The notes: generated by a model from the sequence alone, not told the origin. A DNA stretch of 64,000 nucleotides from an uncultured Chloroflexia bacterium (GCA_963704775.1 CAVPHR010000006.1:133391-197390); one strand, 5' to 3'. Shown: positions 32,933-43,398, numbered from the stretch's first letter. Translations and numbers: made by a program.

Positions 32933-33901
32933 ATGGCGCTGTTGCTCGGCACTCGACGCGGTCTCGAGGCGACCTCGTCCGCGCGGGGGACGTTCACCGT
33001 CCTGGCCCTCGACCACCGGCAAAACCTGCGGAAGGAGCTTCACCCCGAGGCGCCTGAGGCCACCACGGTCGAGGAGATGGTCGCCTTCAAACGCACGGTC
33101 GTCCGGGCGTTGGCCGCCGAGGCGACGGGGACGCTGCTGGACCCGGAGGTCGGGGCCGCCCAATGCATCGCGGACGGCTCGCTATCGGGTCACGATGGCC
33201 TGCTCGTCGCCCTGGAGGCGACAGGCTACGACGGTCCGCCCGATGCCCGGGTCAGCCGACTGCTGCCGGGGTGGGATGCGGCGAAGGCGAAGCGTCTCGG
33301 AGCGTCAGCCGCGAAGCTCCTGATCTACTACCACCCGGACGCCGTCAACGCGGCTGACCAGGAACGGCTCGTCGGCGACGTTGCTGCGGCCTGTCGCCGG
33401 GAGGACCTGGCGCTATTCGTGGAACCTCTCTCGTTCGGGCTCGATGGCGAACCCGTGACCGGTGAGGCGCGACGCCGCGTCGTCGTCGAGACGGCCCGGC
33501 GTCTGACCGCGATCGGCGGGGACGTCCTCAAGGCGGAGTTCCCATACGATCGGACCGTCACGGACCCGACGCTGTGGACGGAGGCCTGCGGCGAGCTCGA
33601 CGCCGCCTCGCGCCTCCCGTGGGTCCTGTTGTCCGGCGGTGTCGACGACGCGACGTTCGAAGCCCAGGTGGAGACGGCCTGCCACGCGGGTGCCAGTGGC
33701 GTGCTCGTCGGGCGGTCCGTGTGGGCCCCCGCGGCGGTCATGCCGCCCGACGCCCGAGCGGCGTGGCTGGCGAGCGAGGGAGCGGCCCGTCTCCGCCGCC
33801 TGGCCGAGCTCGTCGAACGCAGCGGCCGACCGTGGCGACCGAGGTGGGAGGCGGCCCAGCGACCCGAGGCGCCCGCGGCCGATTGGTACACCGGATACTG
33901 A
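32933..33901 (+). CDS. tagatose-1,6-bisphosphate aldolase-like (LacD/DeoC superfamily) protein
   Basis: TFTVLALDHRQNL..., KLLIYYHPD, VLKAEFPY; class I aldolase TIM barrel of the LacD type. Confidence 0.55.
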   Translation: MALLLGTRRGLEATSSARGTFTVLALDHRQNLRKELHPEAPEATTVEEMVAFKRTVVRALAAEATGTLLDPEVGAAQCIADGSLSGHDGLLVALEATGYDGPPDARVSRLLPGWDAAKAKRLGASAAKLLIYYHPDAVNAADQERLVGDVAAACRREDLALFVEPLSFGLDGEPVTGEARRRVVVETARRLTAIGGDVLKAEFPYDRTVTDPTLWTEACGELDAASRLPWVLLSGGVDDATFEAQVETACHAGASGVLVGRSVWAPAAVMPPDARAAWLASEGAARLRRLAELVERSGRPWRPRWEAAQRPEAPAADWYTGY

Positions 33902-33907
33902 CGCCGG

Positions 33908-34894
33908 AATGCCCATGACCTCCGCCGCCACCGAGCGAGCGTTCGACATCCTCGTCGTCGGGGAGGTCAACCCCGACATCATCGTCTCCGATCCGGATCC
34001 GAGACCGGTCTTCGGACAGGTCGAACGCGTCGTCAGCGGGATCCACCTCACGATCGGGAGCAGCTCGGTGATCATGGCCTGCGCCGCCGCCCGGCTCGGG
34101 CTCCGGGTCGCGATCGTCGGTGTCGTCGGCGACGACGTCTTCGGGCGGTTCATGCTGGAGGCGATGCGCGACCGGGGACTCGACGTGTCGGCCGTCCGCG
34201 TCGATCCGCACACACCGACCGGCGCCAGCGTCATCCTCTCGAACGGGCGCGATCGGGCGATTTTCACGGCGCCCGGCACGATCGGGGCCGTGACCGCCGA
34301 CGACGTGCCGGCCTCCCTGCTCGTGCGGGCGCGCCACCTGCACATCGGGAGCTGGTTCCTGCAATCCGGGCTGCATCCGGGCGCCGCCGGGCTTCTTGCA
34401 GCTGCCCGTGACGCGGGGCTGACGACATCGATCGATCCCAACTGGGACCCGGCACGAGCGATGGGATTCGGGCCTGCAGGCCCTGCTGCCCGGAGTGGAC
34501 ATCGTGTTCCCCAACGAGGCTGAGGCGATCGCGATCGCGGGCATCGACGACGTGGAGGCCGCGGCCGTGGCGATCGCACGGTCTCGGGGCGGACAGTCGG
34601 GGCGGCGGACCGCTCGTGGTCGTCAAGCGTGGCCGCGACGGGGCACTCGTCGCGTCGACGCACGGCGTGCTCGATCGCGTGAGCGCCTACCCGGTGGACG
34701 CCGTCGACGCGACGGGCGCCGGAGATGCATTCGATGCCGGCTTCCTCGCCGCGTGGCTCGATGCCAGTTCAGACACTGAAGCGCTGCGGATGGCCGCGAT
34801 CAGCGGGGCCATGTCGACGCGCGCCGTCGGCGGCACCGAGGCCCAGGCGACGCGAGCCGAGATCGACACGGCCATGGCCGCCTGGCCGCCATGA
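33908..34894 (+). pseudogene. PfkB-family carbohydrate kinase, 2-3 frameshifts in the C-terminal third
   Basis: The N-terminal 190 aa are intact (DILVVGEVNPDI...). VDIVFPNEAEAIAIAG and VDATGAGDAFDAGFLAAWL (anion hole) lie in other frames. Confidence 0.6.
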
Positions 34895-35853
34895 GCGAGG
34901 CGACGCGGATCGGCCGGCTCGTCGGGGTCTCGCTGAACCCCGCGATCGACAAGATCGCCGCGGTCGAGGCCGTGCAGCCCGGGCGGATCCATCGGCCGGA
35001 GATGCTGGCCGTCGTGCCGGGTGGCAAGGCCCTCAACGCGGTCCGGGCAGCCCGCCACCTCGGCCTGCCGGCCGATGTCGTGGCCGTCGTCGGGGGCCAC
35101 GCGGGCGCGTGGCTCGCGGCGGAGCTCGATGCCCGCGGCATCCACCACTGGCTCGTGTGGGTCGAGGGCGAGACGCGGACCTGCCTCTCCGTCCTGGACC
35201 GCCAGACCGGCGACCTGACCGAGTTCTACGAAGCGGGCATCGCCCTGGCCGAAGATCGCTGGCCGTCGGTGGAGACGGCACTGAGCAAAGCGCTCGACGA
35301 GGAGGCCGACGCCACCGTCGTCCTGCTGGCGGGATCGTTGCCGCCGGGCGCGCCACTCGAGGCCTACCGGCGCCTCGCCCAGGCCGGCCGTGACGCCGGC
35401 GCCCGCGTCGTCGTCGACATCGGCGGCCCGGCGCTGGAGGTGGCGCTCGACGCCCGACCATGGCTTGTCAAGATCAATGCGGCCGAGGCACTGGAGACCA
35501 CCGGCATCGCGACGGGCGACCAGGCCGGTGTCCTTGCGGCCGCACAGGCTCTGCGCGGCCGCGGCGCCGACGCCGTGCTGATCACGATGGGCATCGCCGG
35601 GGCATTGCTCCTGACCTCGGACGGCGAGTGGGTGGCCGGGCCGCCACCGGAGCGCGGCGCGTACAGCGTGGGCAGTGGCGACGCCCTTCTCGGCGGGCTG
35701 GTCGTGGCACTCGCCCGAGGCGCCGACCTGCCCGAGGCCGTCCGCTTCGGCTCGGCCGCCGCGGCCGCGAACGCGCTCGTGCCCGGCCAGGGTGAGCTGG
35801 ACCCCGCTGATGTCGACCGTCTCCTGCCTGGCTGCGTGCTGACCCGACGCTGA
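34891..35853 (+). CDS. 1-phosphofructokinase/tagatose-6-phosphate kinase family (PfkB; FruK/LacC-like)
   Basis: 320 aa. NPAIDK N-terminus typical of FruK/LacC, plus GSGDALLGGL anion hole. Confidence 0.7.
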   Translation: MSEATRIGRLVGVSLNPAIDKIAAVEAVQPGRIHRPEMLAVVPGGKALNAVRAARHLGLPADVVAVVGGHAGAWLAAELDARGIHHWLVWVEGETRTCLSVLDRQTGDLTEFYEAGIALAEDRWPSVETALSKALDEEADATVVLLAGSLPPGAPLEAYRRLAQAGRDAGARVVVDIGGPALEVALDARPWLVKINAAEALETTGIATGDQAGVLAAAQALRGRGADAVLITMGIAGALLLTSDGEWVAGPPPERGAYSVGSGDALLGGLVVALARGADLPEAVRFGSAAAAANALVPGQGELDPADVDRLLPGCVLTRR

Positions 35854-35875
35854 CCAGAGGAGCCTCGGGCGGCGG

Positions 35876-37690
35876 CTACTCCTCGGCTCCGACCGGATCG
35901 AGCTCCGGCTGGTCGATCGTGTCGACGATGAGTCCGGCGTCGGTGAACGCCGGGCCAGGGACGGCCGGCGCGACGTCGCCGGGGTGTGCCGGCGTCGATG
36001 CGAGGTGCAGCAGCTCGCCGAGCCCGGCTCGGGTCGCGGCGACCACGACCTCTTCGCCCGCATCGAGGATCTCGTCCACGGGGAAGTCCCAGCGCGCCTC
36101 CTCGGACCCCGGGTCCGCCACAGCCAACACGCGCAATGCGCCTTCGGTGTTCATCGCGCCCGCCAGCCGGCCTTCCAGCAGCGAACCGGCAGGCACACGC
36201 AGCCGGGCGAAGAGGATGACCCGGCGGTCGCCGACCGGCACCGTCGCCATGACCTCCGAACCGACGGCCGCGGCCGCGAACGCGGGGGCCGCGAGGTGGG
36301 AGACGCTGCGCGTGAACCGGATGCCGAAGCCCTGCTGGACGCGGACCGCGAAGTCCGGGTCGAAGAGGCGGACGACGACCCGCATGTCCGGCCGCAGGGC
36401 CCGGGCGTTCAACGCGGTCGAGAGGTTGACGAGGTCGTTGCTCGTCGCCGCGACCACGGCCCGTGCGCTTCCGACACGCAGGTCCTCGAGGACCTCGCGA
36501 TGGCGGGCGTCCCCGATGTAGACGGGGATGCCAGCGGCCCGGGCGGGCGCCACGAAGCGGCTCTCGTCGTGGACCTCGACCACCACGACCGGCACGCCAC
36601 GGGCGGCGATCCCGAGGGCGACCCGGTACCCGATCGAGCCGAGACCCGCGACGATGACGTGATCGCGCATGTTCGCGGGCACGGTCCGGCGTCCCAGCGT
36701 CTGGAGGAGGCGCGAGCGGATCAGCGCATCGGTGATGAACGCGTACACGACCGCCACGAGCGCCGCGCCGACCAGGCTCAGCACGATCGCGTAGACGCGG
36801 AGTCCGACGTTGGCGCTCTCGGTCTGGAGGTCGGTGGGCAGCGGGGCGCCGGTCAGCAGGGTGATCGCGTACGACACGGCGTCGAGCGGCGAGAGCCGCG
36901 AGATGATCCCGAAGAAGATCGCCGAGCCGATCGCCAGCCCAATGAGGATCGCGGCGAACCGCACGAGGCGCCGCTCCGGCGTGGCGAATCGTGCCCGGAC
37001 GCCGCCCCAGGCCCGCCCGACGGGACCGCCCCGGTGGGCCTGCTGCGGCGCCAGGTCCGTCGCGAGCGCCCCCGGGTCCTCCTCGGCCACGTCGATGACG
37101 ATGAGATCAGGCCCGGTGGCGTCGACGTCGGGGAGCATCTCGACGGTCCGGTCGGGGTTCAGCCTGGCGATCGGCACCGACATGGCGGCCTGCGCCGGGT
37201 CGGTCGAATGGCGCGACGCCAGCAGGCGGCCGGCGAGCCGAAAGCGACTGCCGGTCTCGCCATCGATCGCGGCCGACACGAAGCCCGGCGCCGCAAGCGC
37301 CGACGACGAGAGCGCGACGGCATCGGGGAAGAGGTCCGGTATGTGGGCCCCGAGCTCCTGGTCGAACATCCGGATCACGAGCCGGATGTCGGGTCTGAGC
37401 TCGCAAGCCGCCAGGGCGGCGTTGAGGTTGCCGAGGTCGTCGTCGATCGTCAGGACGAGGACCGCGGCGTCGGCGACGCCGGCCGTCCGCAGGACGGGGA
37501 TCAGCCGATGGTCACCGACGACGAGGCGCACACCGCGGTCGGTCAGCCACTCCTCGTGGTCGGCGCTGGGCCCGATCGCGACGACCTCTTCGCCGCGCAT
37601 CCGCAGCTCCTCGATCGTCCGCCGCCCAAGGTGGTCGAGGCCGCAGACGACGGCATGGCCGTGAGGCGGCAAGGCTCCAGTCGTGGGCAC
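35876..37690 (-). CDS. TrkA/RCK-domain protein with two NAD-binding RCK modules flanking a membrane segment (potassium transport/channel-associated)
   Basis: Two GxGxxG Rossmann starts (VVCGLDHLGRR ; VIVAGLGSIGYR) and a central hydrophobic region. Confidence 0.65.
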   Translation of the reverse strand: MPTTGALPPHGHAVVCGLDHLGRRTIEELRMRGEEVVAIGPSADHEEWLTDRGVRLVVGDHRLIPVLRTAGVADAAVLVLTIDDDLGNLNAALAACELRPDIRLVIRMFDQELGAHIPDLFPDAVALSSSALAAPGFVSAAIDGETGSRFRLAGRLLASRHSTDPAQAAMSVPIARLNPDRTVEMLPDVDATGPDLIVIDVAEEDPGALATDLAPQQAHRGGPVGRAWGGVRARFATPERRLVRFAAILIGLAIGSAIFFGIISRLSPLDAVSYAITLLTGAPLPTDLQTESANVGLRVYAIVLSLVGAALVAVVYAFITDALIRSRLLQTLGRRTVPANMRDHVIVAGLGSIGYRVALGIAARGVPVVVVEVHDESRFVAPARAAGIPVYIGDARHREVLEDLRVGSARAVVAATSNDLVNLSTALNARALRPDMRVVVRLFDPDFAVRVQQGFGIRFTRSVSHLAAPAFAAAAVGSEVMATVPVGDRRVILFARLRVPAGSLLEGRLAGAMNTEGALRVLAVADPGSEEARWDFPVDEILDAGEEVVVAATRAGLGELLHLASTPAHPGDVAPAVPGPAFTDAGLIVDTIDQPELDPVGAEE

Positions 37691-37751
37691 GGCGCCAGTC
37701 TACGGGGATGGGATACTCGGCTTCGGCCTCGAATGCCACCAGAGGGTCTGC

Positions 37752-38298
37752 CATGCGCCTCGGTCGGTCGTCGCTTCTCGCCCTGGTCGTCGGCCTAGCC
37801 GCGACGGGCTGCTCACCCCTGGCGGCGACGCGCCCCGACGCCCAGACGTTCCAGGCGGTCGGCATCCTCAGCGGGTTGAGCGAGTTTGACAAGAGGATCG
37901 CCTTCACCCTCGAAGACGGCCGGACGTGGGACCGACCGAAGGACCAGTTCCGGATCGTTTACGACCTGCCGGCCGGGGAGACCCTGTTCGTCGCGGGCCT
38001 GGACAAGACCGGCACGTACGTCCTGTTGATCGGCGGGCAGGACGGCCTGCCGCCCGACTGCCCGCACTCGCTCCGCTACGGCGCCCGTGAGTGGGGGGAC
38101 GCCATCGAGAGCCAGGGCTATCTCTGGCGCAAAGCCGAGAACTTCGCGGTGCTGACGCCAAGCCCGGGCGTCGGCGCCGAGTATCCGGGCAGCGCGATCG
38201 TGTGCCTCGATGCCGAGGCGAACGTGACCGCAGTGCTGCAGTTGACGCCGCCAGAGGGGTCGGAGCCTGCGCCTGCCGGCTCGGCGACCGCTCCCTGA
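37752..38298 (+). CDS. hypothetical lipoprotein
   Basis: Signal peptide plus lipobox (LAATGC). GAGGG RBS-like sequence 6-7 nt upstream of the ATG. Confidence 0.55.
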
Positions 38299-38498
38299 AC
38301 GGACGGGCGGATCGGGGTTTCGGTCGGTCCGGTGTCGCGATGTGGCCGGGTTGGGTAAGATGCACGCCGCTGGTCGATGCTCGAGCCATCCTTGGACTCC
38401 TCTTAATCGGGTCTGTGACAGGAACCAATCATCAGCGGTCCGAGCGGTGGGATGAGGGCATCGACCAGTCTTCGGCTCCAGCGGAGCACGAAATGCGT

Positions 38499-38572
<74 letters not shown>

Positions 38573-39163
38573 ACCATTGCACGCACGAAATCGAGGCCTC
38601 CGGGCGATCCGGAGACCTCGTTGATTCGGGCCTGCACCCTAGTTCGCGCCGTAGTTTCTCGTTGAGCGCGCCCGGACGCCCACGCTGGTCTCGCCGAGAA
38701 CGAAATCGGGATCGACCGCGACACGCGGAGGCGGGACCGTCTCGAGCCCAATGACCGGCGCTTAGCTGCGTTCGATCGAACGAAGTCCCAGACACCGGCC
38801 TTGCCGCTTCCGATGCCGCCACCGATGGTGCCAGCAAAGCCCTGGTGCCGCGATGGCCATGACGCCGGCGAGACGGCTGGTCGGTACGGTCCCGGTTGAC
38901 TTGGCCACTGGGCCTCGGCCGCGAAGGCTCCGGTTGTCGACAGACCTCGGAATCGGTGCCGCTTCCGCTGTTCATCGAAGCCGTGGCCGGGCGGTCGAAG
39001 TGCAACGCCCTGACTGGCGAGATAAGTCGCAGCTAAGCGCCGATCCGTACCGTCCCATGGCGGGCGCGGCAACCCTATGCGGAAGGAGGTGCGCGCGAGG
39101 AGAACGAGTGGTCCCCCTGCTGAAAAGTGCCGAGCGCGCGTGTCTTCGTCTGGAGGGAGCACC

Positions 39164-40312
39164 ATGGCTACGCGACTCCGTTGGCTGGCGGCAGCATTGG
39201 TATTCGCGCTTCTGGTTTCCACGTCGTCCTCGGCTGTACTTGCGGGTAAACCCGACACGGTGCCGGGGCAGGTCGCCCGCGGTGCCTTACGCACAGCCCC
39301 AAGTGGGCCGATCGTTGTAACGGGTACCCTCCGCGACGAGAGCGGATCGCCGACGGCTGGGACGGTCGCCCTCAACGTTCTTCCGAATACCGCGGAGAGG
39401 CGCAAGATGAAGAACGGCGACACCCTGAAGGTGCGCACCGTCAGTTGGGCCACCGCTGGACGAGACGGCCACTTCGACCTGCGCGTCGATACGAAGCACC
39501 TCGACCATCTCCGCAACGTCAACGCGGGCGGAGGCATCAGCTATGAGGTCGTTGGGTGGACAGCGGATCGTCAGGGCACGACATACATCGCTGGGACGCT
39601 CGACGGCGACCCGGCGTCGATCGAAGTGTCCGCGAAGGCGCACCTTGTGACGCCATCGGCAGCCGACGAAGTCAAGGCCTCGGCGGCCTCGGCGGCCGAC
39701 GACGGCGCGAACGCGGCCATCCCGATCTGCGTCTGGGTTCAGAAGAGCACGTTTGACACCTGGGTCGCTATAGGCCAGACCTGGCCGTACGGGTCGGACA
39801 AGGGCTGGATGAAGTCGTCCACCAGCCACGCCTTCTCGGTCGGGGCCGCCGCCAGTGCTTCCGGCGTGTATGGCGACTGGGAATCGAGCGGGTCGACGTC
39901 AGCGGAAAGCGGAATCACGTTCACTTGGGCCGAGTCAGTCGCGTACCGCGAGTACCGCGAGGAGCACCGATACGGCAAGTTCCAGTTCGTGTGTGCCGGG
40001 AAAGGTGGAGACTGGTCGTCGCACGAGCTGTTCGGGACCGGCGGCTACACGACCGCCGCTTCCACGAATCCTGGGTTCACCACGCACCCGGTCACCGTGT
40101 CGGCTGGCTTGTGGGAGCGCAACCGAACAGATGGATCTCACTTCAAACTGTCGGCCGGGGTGAAGGCCGCCGGCGTCCTGGGGATCAATCTCTCCGTCGA
40201 CACGAACTACAGTCAGGTGCACGAGCTCTCCTACCGGCTCGTCGCGGCCGGCAAGATCTACGGCGACACGAACGTGCCGTCACTCGCAGCACGAGTTCGG
40301 ACGGGGCGTTGA
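39164..40312 (+). CDS. secreted hypothetical protein (382 aa; signal peptide, N-terminal Cna-B/carboxypeptidase-regulatory-like beta-sandwich, unknown C-terminal domain)
   Basis: GGAGGGA RBS 5 nt upstream of ATG 39164. Hydrophobic leader AAALVFALLVSTSSSAVLA. Segment TGTLRDESGSPTAGTVALNV...DGHFDL. Confidence 0.6.
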   Translation: MATRLRWLAAALVFALLVSTSSSAVLAGKPDTVPGQVARGALRTAPSGPIVVTGTLRDESGSPTAGTVALNVLPNTAERRKMKNGDTLKVRTVSWATAGRDGHFDLRVDTKHLDHLRNVNAGGGISYEVVGWTADRQGTTYIAGTLDGDPASIEVSAKAHLVTPSAADEVKASAASAADDGANAAIPICVWVQKSTFDTWVAIGQTWPYGSDKGWMKSSTSHAFSVGAAASASGVYGDWESSGSTSAESGITFTWAESVAYREYREEHRYGKFQFVCAGKGGDWSSHELFGTGGYTTAASTNPGFTTHPVTVSAGLWERNRTDGSHFKLSAGVKAAGVLGINLSVDTNYSQVHELSYRLVAAGKIYGDTNVPSLAARVRTGR

Positions 40313-40313
40313 G

Positions 40314-40913
40314 TTGAGGAAGCGGAGCGCGGTATTGGGGACTCTCGCGCTCCTCGCTGTCTTGCTAGCAGTCCTCGCGGGGTGGGCCCTACAACAGCGG
40401 GCCCACCCCGACGGTGCCGGCGCGCTGGGTTCACTCGGCGTGCCGGCGCATGACGGGATGCGCGTGGACCCGGCATCCGGCGACGACTCCTGGACGTTTG
40501 GGGTGCCACTCTGCCTTGCGGTGGGGGATTCACCGCCGGTGCTCCTGGACGTTCGGCCGGTCAAGGTCGACGGGGGAGGGCTTCGATACATTGACAGTCG
40601 CGTTCGCACGTTCACCCCGACCGAGGCCGATACCCCCATCGTGAGCATCGGGGGCTGGCCTCCTCCCGAGGATGCCGTGCCGGACCAGCTCAGCCCGATC
40701 TTCGGATTCGGAGTGGCGACACCCTGTGCCGCGACATCCGTGGGGCCGACCTACACGGAGCTCCTCCTTGGCTTTGAGCGCGTCGGCGAGGACGGCGGAG
40801 GCTGGGAAGGCCTCTACGTCGACTACTTGGTCAACGGCGAAAGAAAGACCCTGCAGATCGATCACGATATGAAGGTCTGCGGGACGCAGGTCAGTTGTGA
40901 GATCGGGGGCTAG
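40314..40913 (+). CDS. membrane-anchored hypothetical protein (199 aa; N-terminal TM, TTG start 1 nt after the upstream stop)
   Basis: Coupled to the upstream gene. Hydrophobic VLGTLALLAVLLAVLAGWAL segment. Confidence 0.5.
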   Translation: MRKRSAVLGTLALLAVLLAVLAGWALQQRAHPDGAGALGSLGVPAHDGMRVDPASGDDSWTFGVPLCLAVGDSPPVLLDVRPVKVDGGGLRYIDSRVRTFTPTEADTPIVSIGGWPPPEDAVPDQLSPIFGFGVATPCAATSVGPTYTELLLGFERVGEDGGGWEGLYVDYLVNGERKTLQIDHDMKVCGTQVSCEIGG

Positions 40914-41051
40914 GGAGACGGGTGACCCGCAGAGGCTGCACTCGTTCAGCGCGATCGTCCACCCTGGCAACGGCTCGGGAGCATAGCCCGGCACAGACGA
41001 TGCCGTACTTCGCAGCTCGAGTTGATCCGAGGCGAAGTCTCACCGACCGGC

Positions 41052-41252
41052 TTACTCGCTGGGCAAAGGTGGCGGCATGGGCCGGCGGTGTTCGCGTGCC
41101 AGATCGGTGAGCCGTTTGTGCTCGGCGCGGAGTCTCCAGGACTCGCCCTGCAACCGCTCCCACTCCGGCGAGCCGTTAGCCGTCGAGTCCATGTCGCGCT
41201 GGATGTCGCGCCACATCGCTAGGACGATCTCAGCTTCACGCTGGTAGGGCAT
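41052..41252 (-). CDS. small hypothetical protein (66 aa), helical and Arg/Glu-rich
   Basis: Strong RBS AGGAGGA 7 nt upstream of the ATG. Sits on the opposite strand to the neighbouring island genes. Confidence 0.45.
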   Translation of the reverse strand: MPYQREAEIVLAMWRDIQRDMDSTANGSPEWERLQGESWRLRAEHKRLTDLAREHRRPMPPPLPSE

Positions 41253-41679
41253 AGGAGTGTCCTCCTGAGGACAGCGAGCCTAGACCAAACCGACGACTCG
41301 GGAGGGGCGCGAGGGCGGGAACCTAGTCGAATCTACGCATCACCCTTGCCGCATAGGTCGTTCGCCTGATTGTCGGCCGGGCCAGGAGCATCGGAGAGTG
41401 GTCGCCGACGACGCCGGTTATCAGACACGAACGTCGAACCACTCTGACCCCCTTGGGTGGCAAGCCGAGCGCGGAGGGACCGGCGTCGTCGCGACTTTGC
41501 CGAGAGTCCGTCCTGCACCCCAGGCGGTGCATCGCGTCGGTCGACGTCGCGAAATCCGACCGAAGACCGACGCCCCGCAACGCATCCGTAACGATCGCCG
41601 ACTCCCGCGCACTTCTGGATCGCACCTTCCGAGCCTGATATTCGGTTGGACTCGCCAGGCTCGCTCAAGAGGTGCCCGA

Positions 41680-41766
41680 CGTGCGTGGGATCATCGTGTT
41701 CGTCCTCGTCCTCCTGCTCGGCGGCGGCCTGTGGGCCGCCCTCGTCAGCGGCTGCGTGGCGTCCTG
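41680..41766 (+). CDS. possible 28-aa single-TM peptide (VRGIIVFVLVLLLGGGLWAALVSGCVAS)
   Basis: GTG start preceded by AAGAGG. The peptide is almost wholly hydrophobic. Weak call. Confidence 0.25.
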
Positions 41767-41776
41767 ACGAGCAGGC

Positions 41777-42066
41777 GGCGCGCAGTGCCTGACGTGACCT
41801 TTCCCTGGACGTCCGTGCCGGACGGCGCTCGGACCGTCCGCATGTTCTTCGACGGGCCGACGTCGATTCGCGCCAACGAATTCCGCGCCCTCGTCGTGGG
41901 TGCAGACCACGCTCACGACGAGGACACCCTTGAGGCCGTCATGGCGAGCTTCGCCGACCGCCATGGGTACGAGCTCGTGAGCTTCGACGCCGGCGGCGCG
42001 GGTGACCCGCTCGACGAGCAGGTCGACGTCGCCTTCCGGCGCCGACCGCTCCAGACCCTCGGCTGA
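41777..42066 (+). CDS. small hypothetical cytoplasmic protein (about 75-97 aa; GTG at 41777 or ATG for MFFDGP...)
   Basis: Ordinary composition (RTVRMFFDGPTSIRANEFRALVVGADHAHDEDTLEAVMASFADRHGYELVSFD). No family recognised. Confidence 0.4.
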
Positions 42067-42385
42067 AGTGGACGTCCGACCGATGTGGGTCCCGCTGACT
42101 GCCGAACGGGCGGGACAGAACACAAAAACTGGTTCGATTCCCTATTGCCGACTGCACAAGACCGTACTAGAGTGCGCCGCGGCGGCCTCGGGGGCAGCTT
42201 TTTCGGAGCAATCATCCTCGCTACTCCTTCATCGAGCCCCCTCGGCGCGTCGGCGTATGGGTCCGTCGGTCGGAGCCGGACGGATCGGGACTCGGGGATC
42301 GGGGCCAGGAAGTTCCCGGCGCGTTCCTCCCTGTCGAACGCTGCCTGTCGGACTCCGGCATCCCGGCTTGACCGGGGGAGGATCC

Positions 42386-43153
42386 ATGCGACCGTCCTTG
42401 CGGACGGCGACCGGTGAGGGTCGTCGTCGTCGCAATCGCGCGCTCGTCGCGGCGCTCACACCGCTCTTCGTCATCTTCATGCTCGTCCAGCCAGCCAGCG
42501 TCCTGGCCAAGCCACCGACCGGCACCGTCACCGTCATCGACGGGGTGACCGGCGAACAGACCATCGTCGACGGCGAACCGGAGGTCTGCATGTTCGCCGT
42601 CATCTTCGACTTCGACCAGGCATTCCCGATCGTCGGCTGGAAGATCAAGGACTGGGTCCCGGGCAACTGGAAGGACGGCAAGACCCGTCTCAAGGGCCAG
42701 GGTGCGACCGATGCCGACGGGATCATGCGCATCCCCGGCAGCGGTTTCTTCACGCTCGCCGAGGGCCGATACAACGTCGTCGCCGACGACGAATGGCCGA
42801 TCGACGGGAGCAGCAAGGTCCAGAGCTTCCACGTCGTCTGCCCGGACGCGAACGAGCCGCCCGGCGACGACACGCCACCCGACAACGACACGCCACCGGA
42901 CGACGACACGCCGCCCGACGACGCTGGGGAGGAGCTCCCTGCGACGGGGACGCCCACCCTGCCGCCGGACGACGCCGGCGCGGTCCTGCCTGCGACCGGC
43001 ACGCCGCGCGCCACCCTGCCACCGACGGACGCCGGGACCGTGCTCGGCATGACGACCAACGACGCGCTGGTCGTGTTCCTGTGCCTCGGGACCGTCGTCT
43101 TCATCGTCGTGTCGGTCACACCGAACCGCCGAGGTCTCGGCCGCCGACACTAG
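42386..43153 (+). CDS. LPXTG-motif cell-wall-anchored surface protein with a Cna-B-like domain
   Basis: GGGGGAG RBS. Signal peptide, then a beta-sandwich-like domain (TDADGIMRIPG..LAEGRYNVVADDEWPIDG), PPD/TPP tandem repeats, two LPATG motifs, a hydrophobic segment ALVVFLCLGTVVFIVVSV and a basic tail NRRGLGRRH. Confidence 0.65.
   Translation: MRPSLRTATGEGRRRRNRALVAALTPLFVIFMLVQPASVLAKPPTGTVTVIDGVTGEQTIVDGEPEVCMFAVIFDFDQAFPIVGWKIKDWVPGNWKDGKTRLKGQGATDADGIMRIPGSGFFTLAEGRYNVVADDEWPIDGSSKVQSFHVVCPDANEPPGDDTPPDNDTPPDDDTPPDDAGEELPATGTPTLPPDDAGAVLPATGTPRATLPPTDAGTVLGMTTNDALVVFLCLGTVVFIVVSVTPNRRGLGRRH
42866..42922 (+). repeat. 18-bp tandem repeat (GACGACACGCCACCCGAC-like x3) encoding DTPPDN/DTPPDD
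   Basis: Read directly within the LPXTG protein gene. Confidence 0.6.
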
Positions 43154-43172
43154 TCCATCGCCGAACGCCCCG

Positions 43173-43203
43173 GGAGCCCCGACCAGTCCCCGGTCGGGGC
43201 TCC
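43173..43203 (+). terminator. stem-loop GGAGCCCCGACC-agtcccc-GGTCGGGGCTCC downstream of the LPXTG protein gene
   Basis: Perfect 12-bp inverted repeat starting 20 nt after the stop codon. Confidence 0.55.
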
Positions 43204-43398
43204 TACCTCGTCTGAACGACCTTCGCCGGGCGAGTCCGCAGACCTCGTGCGTGCTACCCTGACGGCGTCCTTTCATGGCCCGTCCTGTGAGGCTGGCGTA
43301 CCGGTCCCGTGAGGCCGGCGAAGGAGGCTCAGATGTCCTCGCATGTCCTCGCCCACCGCGCCCTCGGGGCCGGTGGGTTCGTTGTATCCGCAGGCTCG

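Noticed and set aside
35984-37798. 604-aa plus-strand ORF
   Set aside because: Antisense to the TrkA/RCK gene, whose two GxGxxG motifs are on the minus strand.
38573-43270. Search for an integrase, transposase or direct repeat of the tRNA 3' end to define a mobile element
   Set aside because: None found in any frame. The block is therefore described only as island-like, not as a mobile element.
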